Source: Mesotaenium endlicherianum
Taxonomy: Eukaryota
Direction: 5' to 3'
DNA: 45,094 nucleotides
Assembly: GCA_009602735.1 (NCBI GenBank)
Contig: WELA01002318.1
Span: 29,597-74,690, forward strand
The position numbers were made by a program, and so were the translations under genes. How positions within the stretch are numbered: position 1 is the first letter of the stretch; the number at the start of each line of letters is the position of its first letter. Positions 24,271-36,700 of this stretch are shown one piece after another. The notes beneath the pieces were generated by a model. That model searched no databases. It saw only the letters and a program-made list of their open reading frames with translations, and was not told the DNA's origin.

Positions 24271-27200
24271 CTACTCAAACTCGCTGAGATTAGCGGCCAT
24301 CGAGTCAGCCACAGAGGCAGTGTCCATGCAAGATTCGGCATCAGGGTGCTCCATGCGGTACATGGCCATCTTCTCTTTGTACTCGACCATCTCAGCTCTG
24401 GCCTTGTCATTGTATTGCTTCTTTGCGGCGTCGTCAAGTTCCTACATAGACACCAACGCAGTGATTTTAAAACAGAAGTCAATTTGGACATGCCTGTTCA
24501 CCAATTAACCGACTTCAGCAATATGAATGTCCTCACGGTAGGGCACATTAATTGTGATTAAGACAACTTCAGTACATGATTTAGGTTGACTTTTAATAAC
24601 CACATGTTCAAGGAAGGGGGTCTTACCTTCCAGCCTGAAGCACAAGCACCAAAGAGTTCCCTGGCTGAAAGTTCCGGGTTCTTCTCTGCCACGCTTTGAC
24701 GCACATCGGCACTGCATCTCACCCACCATGTATTCTAACATAAGTTGATCGTCTGATACAGAGTATGTGCACATTCTGATACCAACCAGGTAGATTGACC
24801 GGTGCTCGCAAGGACGTCTCATTTGTAAGGAAAGGAAATATCGCCATATGGACTTGCGATGTAAAAAACATGACATTATGTCCCGTGGAGGGGGGTATTT
24901 TTATCCTCTGAACATTCGTCAAACATCCCCCCCAGCACAGTAAGCTTATAAAATGGCATGAGAACGCCAGGACTCACAGATAGAAATTGTAGCCGCTGCC
25001 TGGGCGCTTGGGCTGGCCAGCCTTCATCTTCCTCTTCAGTGCCTTCTCGGCCTTCTTCTGAGCTTGCTCAACCTCCCACTCTTTCTTCTTGCCCTCCAAA
25101 AGCTCCCTTTCAAGCTGCATCGCAGTATCCAGGAGTGTAGAGAGTAAGTTCTTAGAACAAATACTCCTTAGAGTGGGTATGTCACTGACACCTATCCCTT
25201 AACTGTGCTAAAGTTACCGCAGTAAGCACCAGGACAACCGGGGATACATAGAAATGAAAGTACAGAAAGCGGGACTTTGAAACGCGCGCCAGAAGCTGCA
25301 AATAGTTGTAAAGATGATCCAGTGATGCAAGTGCTACTGCAGTTTAATAAGGAAGAAGACTAAGCACCTGGGCAAGCCTTTCGAGCCTGGCCTTCTCCTT
25401 CTGTTCAACTGCCTTCACTGCAAGCACTTTCTGCACTTCTAACTCTTTCTCCGCTTTGACTGCAGCCTCCTCCTGTATTGCAGCACATGCATCTGATCAA
25501 ATTAATTCTTTGCCTAAACCATGCAAACCTTGCAAAATGCCAACCTCGCAGATGGCTAAGCCCAACCCAATATATGCTCCGTCCCCTAACCTCCACTACT
25601 CCATTCAGATCTCTCAGAATATTGGAGTGCTCAAAAGGTATGATACTCAACACACATACCTGGGCCTTGCCGCTTTTGTACTCCTCCATCTCCTTCTCAT
25701 ACACGACCTTGTTCTGGTATGCTATCTGCTCAGACAGTTAAGAAAAAAGTCTTTTTAGAGGACTTCAGAACTATCTGTCAGGCTCAAGGAGCGTATCTGT
25801 AGAGCATGAACTTTTCTCGTCTATGAATGCTTCAAGCTTATTCACGACTTGATGTGATGAGAGTTGCTTACCTCTGTGTACTTGGCCTTTTCGGCATCTC
25901 CCATCTTGTTCCACTCATCAGCGAAGGTCTTAATGGCCTGCAAGGGGCCAATGCTCTCCTCTCAGTCGTCAGCTTCAATTTGGAAGTCAAGTGCCAAAGT
26001 TGAGAAGCAAATCCTACAACCTTTGTCAGAACTGGTACAATAAATGTCACCCTAATACCAAGATAGAGCATTGTACAGTGCACACCAAACCAGAAAGTGC
26101 ACGACCTTCCTCGACTCTGTAGTGGCCTGACTTCCCTCGTATACTGAATGTGATCCCTTTGTGTCTTTTCCCGGTAGTAGATAAAAAAAACCGAGCCCAG
26201 CGATTAATATGACAGCTGGCACATTTTATCTTCGAGAGACACTAAGTTCTAGGATGGTCATTTTGCTAGTGATGATAGAGAAGGTTGCATATATGTTTCT
26301 AAGCAATGTAAGGACAAACCTCAGTGTTGCTCAACTTCTCCTCATTGTCATTCTGAGACAGCTGAGCACGGCGAGAATTGCAGTACTCGATGTAAGCACT
26401 CAGAGGCCTCTTTGGCATCTCTGGGTCTCTCGACTTCCTGCATCATTCACGACAACACTTACTGTGAGGGCACTGCCGGCATGCACTTGCACTTGTAAGC
26501 CAATACAAGCCAATACAAGCCAATGCAAACTTCAAGGATATATAGAAATCCAAACAAAATACTTAGTATGCATTTAAACACAAGGAAAGCCACCCAAACT
26601 TCCATGACAGTGGGCCATGACCGGAAAACTCTATTCTGATAGATGAGAGCACCGTTGGTGTTCAACTTACTTTGAAGACTTCTTCTTGCCTTCCTCCTGA
26701 ACCTGTGGATCAATGACGTGAATAGAAGGGGTTGGTAAGTAGAGGGTAAATAAGGACTGCGTTAGACAAGCAGACATACTACTATGTACATCATGCTCAC
26801 AGCAGCAGACAGCGCAAATCTTCAACTGGCCAGAGGTTCTACTCGTGGTTATGGCATCAGTTATTCCCTTTTGCCATGTTTGATTGCTCCAAAAATAAAA
26901 GCTGACTGCACATGGGATGTAGGATGGAGGAGTTGGTCACCTTTTCAAACTCCTCCCACTCCGCGAGGAGCTTGAGGGCATTTTCTGTTCGCTTGCTGTC
27001 ACCAACGGCTTGCACTGCCTCCTCCATCTCCTGCTTTACTTGTACGACCTGAGTAAGGGGAAATAGAGAAAGACCTGTGTGAGCAACTGCTTAGACCACT
27101 TCTGGTAGCCATGGCTGATTCTATATGAGCTGATTCTGTTGCCCCCATTATATTACAAACCGCTCTATGCATATCAGGACCACTTGCAAATTCCTGCCAT

Positions 27201-28270
27201 TGAGTGAAGTGGGTCAAGAAAAATCATGATTCTGGCACTGCCTCTATACCTGTCTGTACTCAAGCATAGCCTTCTCAAACTTGGTCTTCTCCTGCTGAGC
27301 CTTGGCTTCGTAGGGTTTCTTCTCCTCTTGCGTCACAGTCTTCCACATTTCCCCAAGCAATTTGCTTCTCTCTGGCAAGGACTTGATCTCCTTCACCTGC
27401 AGAAGAGGGATAAGAGATTCTCAGTCACATACTTTTTTGGCAGTGCCTCGGCAACTGCATGTGGTTATTGTTGCTACTGTCTTGAACCGCAGGACTGATC
27501 ATAACCCAACTGCAGTGCATAGTAACATGAAGTCATACTAGGACAACCTTCAAGGATTGCTACAGAACTCTCGTACCTCATCATTGTCCATGGCCCACAG
27601 CTGGTACGCACTGCGAGGGTGCCTGGGTTTGTTGGCGTCTTTCTTTGCCATCCTTGTCTCTTTGACTAGAGCGGAAGACTCCATGACCTGCTCACACATT
27701 CCCAGAGGAGTACACCAATTAGCAATTTTAAAATTAGAGTTCAACTTCTATTTTGCGGGTGTATTATTCCTTTCAAAGACATGAGTATGCTGATGCCCCT
27801 TCACATGAATATCTCTACTCTACAACACGCCTGCCCCTATTCACCCTGTGCGAATCTGCGGAATGAGATATGGTAAGGGACAGACATGGCAAATGACTTA
27901 CAATGCTTGGCTTAAAGCCAGAGGCTTTCTTCATTTCCTTGACTTTCTTCTCTAGTTTTGTGGTTTCCACTTCCTTCGCGATCAGAGAAGCTTCCTTCTC
28001 TTCCAGAAGGGCCTCTACGTTCTTCTTTTCTATCATCACCTTCTCAAGTTGAGCCGTTAACTCTGCCACTTCATTGGCAACGGAAGGGCTAACTTCAGAT
28101 AGGACCCCCCTCTTAGTTGTCTTTTTAGTTGCCTTAGCTTCCTTCGTTGCGCCATTTGCTGCTCCAACCTTTGTGACTGCAGGAGGCATATCTGGCACAC
28201 TGGCAACAACTGGTAGGTTCTCTACGTCAGACCCAGATATTTCTGGTGCGTTTCTACGCCTGGGAGCCAT
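24271..28270 (-). CDS. 3xHMG-box: 3xHMG-box protein (basic/coiled-coil N-terminus plus three HMG boxes)
   Basis: Twelve phase-consistent exons: 28270-27902, 27687-27577, 27396-27250, 27048-26941, 26702-26671, 26437-26320, 25937-25872, 25725-25660, 25472-25368, 25114-24978, 24711-24627, 24441-24271. Boxes start KPRHPRSAYQLW, DPEMPKRPLSAYIEY and QPKRPGSGYNFYL. The N-domain LEKVMIEKKNVEALLEEKE...FKPSI is typical of the plant family. Confidence 0.92.
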
Positions 28271-28491
28271 TGCTTTGGTATATGGAGACGGCTAAGGTGG
28301 CGAAAGATTTATGATGTAAGAACGTACGTTCTCCAAGTTCAGGAGAGAGATAGCAATAGGTTGCTAGAGAGGATGACTGATTGGCAGCAATGCTTTCTGC
28401 ACTGTGCTAGGTTACGATACAGTTATGAAGCAACGTCGGGGACTGCGTGTAAAATAAGCGAAAGTGACGCTGCGAGCAACCTGCTATGACC

Positions 28492-28645
28492 TTCAACGGG
28501 CCTCGGAGGTCTCGACTCGTTCAAATTCCTTTGATCAAAATATTCAAGGTGCAGCAAGCCATAACGGCTCTAAAAGGTCTGCAGCGGCCAGCGTCTGGCC
28601 CGGCCTAGAAGACTGCCTGTCCCAGCCTGTCCAGCCTCAACGGTG
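28492..28645. promoter_or_regulatory. Cluster of MSA-like (AACGG) elements plus a CHR-like TTTGAA in the 3xHMG-box promoter
   Basis: ttcAACGGgc (28495-28499), atAACGGctc (28563-28567) and ctcAACGGtg (28639-28643), all in one orientation, plus TTCAAA at 28520-28525; 220-375 bp upstream of the ATG. Confidence 0.65.
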
Positions 28646-30744
28646 CTCATGAAGTGGTGCTCCCTTTATGGTATGCAACATACGCGCACAGGATGCCACC
28701 ATCCTCGACAATCCCGGAATCCGGACCATAGCAAAAATCCGGACTATCCGGAGGAATCCAGAGCGCTCTGAAGTAGCAGACTGGTAGCAGAAGAAGTTCG
28801 AGGTCCGAAGTCCGGAGTACGGACATTGGTCCAGACCTCAAAAAAGTGCAATTTGATATGTGAAAAAAACGATGGACTACAAGGAAGTGAGCATACTTGA
28901 CTACTTTCCAAATAAACAAGTATGGAAAAAGTTCAAATACCTCGCCTTGGCGTCATGCATAGTGGTATATATATACGATACATATAAATAACCGGTCAAA
29001 CAACACTTGTATGAGAAAAAGCTCTGTGCAATCTTCTTGTGTCATCCATTGTATCAGTGCCCTCATCAAGTATTAAAGCTGTAGCCATTCAGGTCAAAAT
29101 ATTGTTGCAGCAGCTCCATGCATTTTGGCAATCATTGAGACTTGACCCTTCAACAATGACGAGGCCGGATAATACCACATTTGTTGTACAACTGTGCAAT
29201 AACATAGAAAAATAATGCTCAAATAAGTTGAAAATGTGTTACCTACACCTATAGGCCAACCTGGAACTCTTAGAAGCATTCTAGCTAGGCTTGGTTTAAG
29301 CACATCACACATTATCTCAGACAAAGACTGTTGAACTAGACCGAGCACGTGCACATTTTTGGCAAGCAAGAAACGGAACGGGAAGCTAAAACGAGTGGCT
29401 GCACTTTGCATACACAAAGTTATTGGCTGTACATAGCACACTCCAAACCACGAGGGACGAGGATATCTAACTTAGTGCTTCAAGGCAAACAGAGGAGTAC
29501 ATTTTTTTTATTGCATATTTGCGAGGCGATGCCTGGCAAATACAGGCAAGTCAGTTGTCATACATCGAGGACAACTAGCTGCAGAATTCCTAGTTAAGCA
29601 CGACCAACAAACACGACTGAACATTAGTGGAATGTGCGAAAAATGCTAAACTAATTCTGACAATGACCTGCGTATAAGGAACGAGTTTCAAAGGCCTCAC
29701 GTCTGTCTTAACCATAAAAACAAGGGACCGCAAGACTGCTTCAGGGATGGAGCTAGACCTTGAGCGCATGGGAGAGAGCTAATCTTTTTGCCGGATCACA
29801 ATTTAAGCTCCTATGACAAACCTTCACCGCACCATGTGCAATCATACCCTGCCAAAGCACAACAATGTGAAAACAACAACGGTTCAGCTAAAGCTTGTGG
29901 TCTCACGAGAAGGGAGGCAACATAAATTTCGACACCAGAGACCTTCGCCTGCTTGCCTGCTTGCCTGCTTCACAAATGTAATGAAAATGGTAGTCACACC
30001 AACGGCAATCCCCAAAATTTGCCTCGACATGCTGAAATTGGTCAACGACGCCTGACTCGCCCTGATACGCCCAAGCAGGGACTAGCACTTGATCACATAG
30101 ATACACCTTCACTAGCATATTCAATGGAATCAGAGCCAGTTTTTTTTTTTTTTGGGGGGGGGNNNNNNNNNNNNNNNNNNNNNNNNNNNNNNNNNNNNNN
30201 NNNNNNNNNNNNNNNNNNNNNNNNNNNNNNNNNNNNNNNNNNNNNNNNNNNNNNNNNNNNNNNNNNNNNNNNNNNNNNNNNNNNNNNNNNNNNNNNNNNN
30301 NNNNNNNNNNNNNNNNNNNNNNNNNNNNNNNNNNNNNNNNNNNNNNNNNNNNNNNNNNNNNNNNNNNNNNNNNNNNNNNNNNNNNNNNNNNNNNNNNNNN
30401 NNNNNNNNNNNNNNNNNNNNNNNNNNNNNNNNNNNNNNNNNNNNNNNNNNNNNNNNNNNNNNNNNNNNNNNNNNNNNNNNNNNNNNNNNNNNNNNNNNNT
30501 TTTTTTTGGGGGGGGGGGGGGCAGAACAAACCAACACACAAGCTCCACCAACAGCACAACCATACCACCCACAAACTCCAAGACACCTCAACACAAAGGG
30601 CAGAGGCAAGCCGGCAGCAGATTAACAGCTAGAAGAGCGGCAGAGAACGCCCCCATCATATTCCAATCTTACTCGCTGTCGTCAGAGAGGTCGTCAGAGC
30701 CTGAGAGGTCGCGGTAGCCTGACAGGTGGAGCGAGGAGCGAGCA

Positions 30745-33700
30745 TTACTTGACAGTTGGTTTCGACTTGCTGAGGGTGGAGAGCTCCTCGACCAGCTTGC
30801 GCTCGCTGGCGGAGAGGCGCTTGGGGATCTCCACCTGGACGCGCACCAGCTGGTCACCTCTCACCGTCGCCTTGCCCAGCACCGGCACTCCCCTCTTGGC
30901 CATTACCAGCGTGGTCCCCGGCTGCGCGCACGCACAGGCAGACAGACAGACAGACAGACGGCTCAGCTTAAGTTAGACCAGCTCGGCTCTATTCGGAACA
31001 GCACCAGCTCTCATCTCTCCTCCCTGTCTTTGTGTTAAGTGACAGACGACTCATAGGCAACTCACATGCTCCGAACGCTTAAAGCGTTAGCTTGAAGAAC
31101 CTCAAAGAACTCGACGGTTTAAAGAACAAAAGAAGGCCTTCAGTTGTAATGACGAGTCTGCTTGAGGGATGTGAGACAAAGACACGGCGTTGCTTGTCAG
31201 AGGGCATTAACCTTCTCCCTGCTGCGCAACCTCTAAGCCAGTGCAGTATTCTTCTCCCCTTGTAGCTGCACAGATACATGGGAGACTAAGGCCACGTTCA
31301 CACATACCATTGGCAGCACGCAGCATGCAGCGCATTCATGCAAGGCGCCAAGACACGCACCAACTTACCTTCGCACTCGACAAGAAACACACAAACACCA
31401 ACACACGCGCACACATGCACACGACCGCAAAAACAGACACGCACACACATACGAACACATACACACCGACACACGTACAAACGCACGCGAGCACATGCAC
31501 ACAACACACAGACACACACGCACACGCCGGCACGCACAGACACACCCACGAGCTTTTGCGAGCGGATTGAGCGCGAGCGGCCGCGCATACCTGCGTGCCG
31601 GCGGGGATCTTGAGGTCCACGTTGCCGTCGACAGTTGGCACCTGCGCGGTGGTCCCCAGGATGGCGTCCACGTAGGACACCTTGACAGACACCAGGATGT
31701 TGTTGCCGTCGCGCTTCAGCTCCGGGTCCGCCTTCACCCGGATGAACACGTAGAGGTCGCCGGGGGAGCCGCCCTTGCGGCCGGCGCTGCCCTCGTTGCG
31801 CACGCGCAGGCGGCTGCCGTCGTCCACGCCAGCTGGCACCTGCGGAGCAGAGGGGGCGGCCGTGCGCGGCGGGCTGAGGATGCATGGAGGGTAGGGTCCA
31901 AGCGGGCTTATTCTTTTAACTAAAATAAGCCACGGTTGCAAAATTGTGCCTGCAAACGAGAGGGACTAAGCCTAGGGCCTCGCCTCTGCTGTCTAGAAAC
32001 AAAGAAAACTTTCAACGCAGACGCACACGCACGCACACCCGTGCACGCACATGCGTGTGCCGCCAGCGTAACTACACGCGCGCACGCACTATCCAGCGGG
32101 GGTTTGCCGTTCTCCCACCCACAAGAGGACTCATGTGGCAGCCTGAAACGTCTGGAGACTTATCCGCCAGATGTGTGGCGACGCAATTTCTCCACCCCGC
32201 TTGCACACACATACACACCCCACTGTTGTCCTCTCCTATCCAGCCGCCTTCGCCACTCACTCAGAGGAACTGGCCCTCTTCCAGAGCATCAAAAGTAGCA
32301 AATCTGAAAAATCCGCCACCCCCATGGCCTAATATCGATGCTTGACTCTGAGAAGCAACAGCAGAGACAAGAACGAGAGAAAATAGAATGACCTTAGGAG
32401 GTACTGACAACAAGGGGGAGAAAGAGAGAGAGAGAGCACACAAACCTTGATGCTGATCCGCTTGGTGCGCCGCACGCGGCCGTCGCCCCCGCACGAGTTG
32501 CAGGGCGTCGCAACCTCCCCGGAGCCCTTGCACGCCGGGCACGTGGTCACCTGCTGGAACGCCCCCAGGGGTGTGTTTGCCATCGTCACCACCTGCAGCC
32601 CGCAGAAAAGAGAGGGGGGAAGAGAGAGAGCCAGGGAGAGAGGGGGAGGAGAAGAGAGATTGGAGGAGAGAGGGGGAGGGGGACAGGAGAGGGGAGAGGA
32701 TGTCAGCACGACGCGCTTGAGGCACTCCTCTTGCAGAAGAGCTTACCGAGAGGCGAGAGGCGCCGTCGCTTCTGCCTCATAAGCACACGTCAAATTTTAA
32801 TGACGCGCAGCAGGGGGCCTCCTCCCCACTATCTGAGGGACCTAGTGAACCTCAGCATTGCCCGCCTGTGTGCAGGCAGGAGGCAGATGAGGGGCTGCAG
32901 CTGCCCTGTCCTGAGCTCTGGAAGCGGCACCACAGTCGAACTGGCTGTCATATTGTGCCACACATGCAAACCGTTTGAATTTTATCCCCGTACAATCCGT
33001 GTTGAAAGACTTCAGCCTCAGCGTGAAGCAAACATGTGCTTGGGGAGCAGCCATAGCTTTGACCCTTGGACGAGCACGGCCACACGTGAGCCACACGTGA
33101 TCACATCCGGCACATGAACCCAAACAAGCAGGCAGCGGAACTACACAAACTCCACCTCTACTGATCCAAACCAGCCAGCTTCAGACCAGCCAGCTTCCAC
33201 ACTTCTCCCATTTCTTCTCCCCGTCTTTAGTTGTTTCCCCGTTACCCTATTACCTCCACAATGCTTTCAAGTCCCCCCATTCCCCGCCGTCCATCCATCC
33301 ATCCATCCATCCGAACGCCCAACGACCGACCGACGCCCCGCTCGCTCGCCCTCTCGCCCACCCACCTGCCCCTGGCCGCCGCACGTCGAGCACGAGCTGG
33401 GCGTGGTGCCAGGCTTGTTGCCCGAGCCGGAGCACGTGTTGCAGGCCTCCAGGCGCGTGGCCTCGATCTCACGATCCGACCCAAACACGGCCTCCTTGAA
33501 TTCCAACGTCAGGTCGTGCCGCTCGTCCTCGCCCTGCACGGGCCGGTTGCGCTGTGCCCGGCCCCCGCCGCCCATGCCGCCGCCCATGCCCCCGCTGAAG
33601 AACGACTCGAACAGGTCGAACGGGTTGTTGTAGTCCTGCAGCACCAGCAGCCCCAGTAGCAGCAGCAGCGGTAACAACGTCAGCACACGAGCGCGAGGGG

Positions 33701-36700
33701 GAGAGGGAGGTCGGGGGGGGCGGCAGCGTTGAAGGCAGCCAGCGAGCGCGCGCGTGCGCCGCCAAGTGGAGCCTTGCTGTCGTGGTGTTATCCTAAGCAA
33801 CGTCAACGGGCAGTTCTGTCAAGCCCCACTCCCTGCAGGCGGGCTCTGGGCTCTAGAGAGCGCCTGCTGAGGAGGAGGCGAGCGCGCTTAAGCTGCGAGT
33901 TCTAGTGCCCACCAAAGAAACTTAGGCCAGCACAACCGACTTCCTTGACTCCTTGAGTGTCCACTCCTCCCTCTGCCACCGCTAGACCTCACGTGTACTC
34001 AATGTATCCCTCTGCATTCCGTCTTACAGCTAGCTCACGAGCAAATCTTCACATGCTCCGGCCTAGTATGAGCCGGACTTGCTGTGCGCCATCTCCTCGT
34101 CAGAAGCACACGCGTGAACGCGTGAACGCGTGAACGCAAGCATGGGCATCTGGTGCACGACACGTCACCGCATGTCGACACCATTGGTTATTGCCGTTGA
34201 AGAGCCAGGTGAGATCCACGGCGGGCCGAGAAAAGGAGGCGGGAAGCCCCAGGGCGAGGCAGCTCAGCAGAGACAAAACATAGACTCGGAAGCACTTTTG
34301 CCCGTGCGAGCAAACAGACAAACGTGCACACGCACACACACGTGCGCACGCACGCCAACAGCAAACGATGTTGCAGGGAGGCATGCGCAAGTGTGTGCGT
34401 GCGAGCAAACAGACAAACGTGCACACACACACACGCGTGCGCACGCACGCCAACAGCAGACGATGTTGCAGGGAGGCATGCGCAAATGTGTGCATCATCT
34501 ACGCTGCAGGCAGCGATGTTGATGCACAAGTTGATACTTGTAGTGCGCAATACCAGCGGGCAGAAATACATGCCGTGCCAAGGGATGATGCACCCGAGTG
34601 AAGGGAGAACAAGAAAAGGATTTCAGCTCGCCTACGTGTTGGTGGGCATCGTGGGAAGTGTGCGCACGCATGATTGCATGCATGTGTGCGCCCTTATGTC
34701 GATGAGTATGTACATCTGCGTACAACCATGAGGTATATGCGCACATACAGTGACGTGCATTTGCCGACACACACATCAACACGTGCATGTGTGTGTATGT
34801 GCGTGAGTGTGTGTCTGTGTGAGCGAGCGCGCGCGTGCGCGTGTGTGTGTGCGTGTGTGAGTATGTGCGTGCGTGTGCGTGTGTATGCATGTGCGTGTGA
34901 GTACGGAAACACACGCGCACCCTACTGCTCCATACATACACGTCTTCATAGGTACTCGAGAACATGTGCAAGGAAACCCCACCATGCCGGGGCCGCCAGC
35001 ACCGCTGTTCTTGAGGCCCGCCTCTCCATATCGGTCGTAAATGGACCGCTTCTCGTCGTCCGACAAGACCTGCGATTGCACGCACCCGCCCCATCCACGT
35101 GGCAGTTGCTCGTTGCTTGAGTTTGGGAATGCCAGATCCAAAGCCATCAGCAAGAATGCCTCTGAAACATGTGCAGACGCGGCTTAACAGGCCGGAGGCA
35201 ATGCACGCAAGCACACAGACTCGCACGCGTGCGCGTGCACATGTACACGCGCACAAGCACTCACGCATGCGCACACGCTCCCACGCGCACATGCTTCCAC
35301 GCACACGCACGCACACCCATATATGCCGGAAAACGTCACACAACCTGCTCCTCGTTACAGTGCGTGCAATCTTAATCCACTGGAGACGACCCTGCTGCCT
35401 ATCACCCCCAGCTGGCATGCTCACAGTCACTCTGTCGCCTGCGGTCAAGCTCCAGAAACTGCGCTCCCTTGTCAACCGTGTCAGCAGCCCAGAGCGGCCC
35501 CCCTCCCTGCCCCCAGCTCCCCCTCCCCTCCTCTCAATCTAGCAGCCCGGGTGCCCACCAGAATCTTAGAGCTGGGCGGGGAGGCTTTTGGGGGGGGGGG
35601 NNNNNNNNNNNNNNNNNNNNNNNNNNNNNNNNNNNNNNNNNNNNNNNNNNNNNNNNNNNNNNNNNNNNNNNNNNNNNNNNNNNNNNNNNNNNNNNNNNNN
35701 NNNNNNNNNNNNNNNNNNNNNNNNNNNNNNNNNNNNNNNNNNNNNNNNNNNNNNNNNNNNNNNNNNNNNNNNNNNNNNNNNNNNNNNNNNNNNNNNNNNN
35801 NNNNNNNNNNNNNNNNNNNNNNNNNNNNNNNNNNNNNNNNNNNNNNNNNNNNNNNNNNNNNNNNNNNNNNNNNNNNNNNNNNNNNNNNNNNNNNNNNNNN
35901 NNNNNNNNNNNNNNNNNNNNNNNNNNNNNNNNNNNNNNNNNNNNNNNNNNNNNNNNNNNNNNNNNNNNNNNNNNNNNNNNGGGGGGGGGGGGGGAAGCTC
36001 GCTGTCTGTAGCAAGCAGATTTTGATTCGGTCTCTGTTCAGACCTGACTGCATTGCTTACGGTGCCCTCCCACTTGCCCTCCCACAGCACGCAGGCACAA
36101 GTGCTGGCCCCCAGGTGCATGCATGCGGCATTGGGTGCACGAGCATGCATAACTGGGTGCATGCATGCATGGCAGACGCGCGCCCGCGGCGGCAGGCACA
36201 GAGTCGTCAAGAGGTGCATGGAGCCTGGCGGCTGCAGGGAGAAGAAACGGAGGGGTGAAGAATGGAGCAATCGGTCAGCCTCGGCAAGCAGTAGAGGCAG
36301 AGGCCATGGGGGAATGTCTCACTTACCTCGTACGCGTTACTGATGTCCTTGAACTTCTGCTCGGCACCCGGCTCCCTGCACGGGCAGACAGGCACGGAAA
36401 GAGGAGAAGGCAGGGAGGGATGGTGAGAAGGAGAGAGAGAGAGGGGGTGAGAGGGAGGGAGGGAGGGAGGGAGTTGGCTCCCCGGAGTCAGACGCTTCCA
36501 CAACCGACTGCACCGGGGGGACTGACAGCTGTTCGGTTCATCAAGGGAAGAATTTCGCCGGTCAGGGAGGCCTTTAGCGCACGTCTCTCCGCAAGCCCAA
36601 GTTCTCGCCGTTACAACAGCCCCCACACCGACAGGCTGCTAGGCTGCTTGACTGCTAGGGTGCTAGGCTGCTGTGCTGCTGGGCTGCTCGGCGGTGCCTA

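Noticed and set aside
31241..35542. Many His/Thr/Arg- or Cys/Val-rich ORFs
   Set aside because: Translations of intronic (CA)n/(CGCA)n microsatellites or antisense shadows of DnaJ exons.
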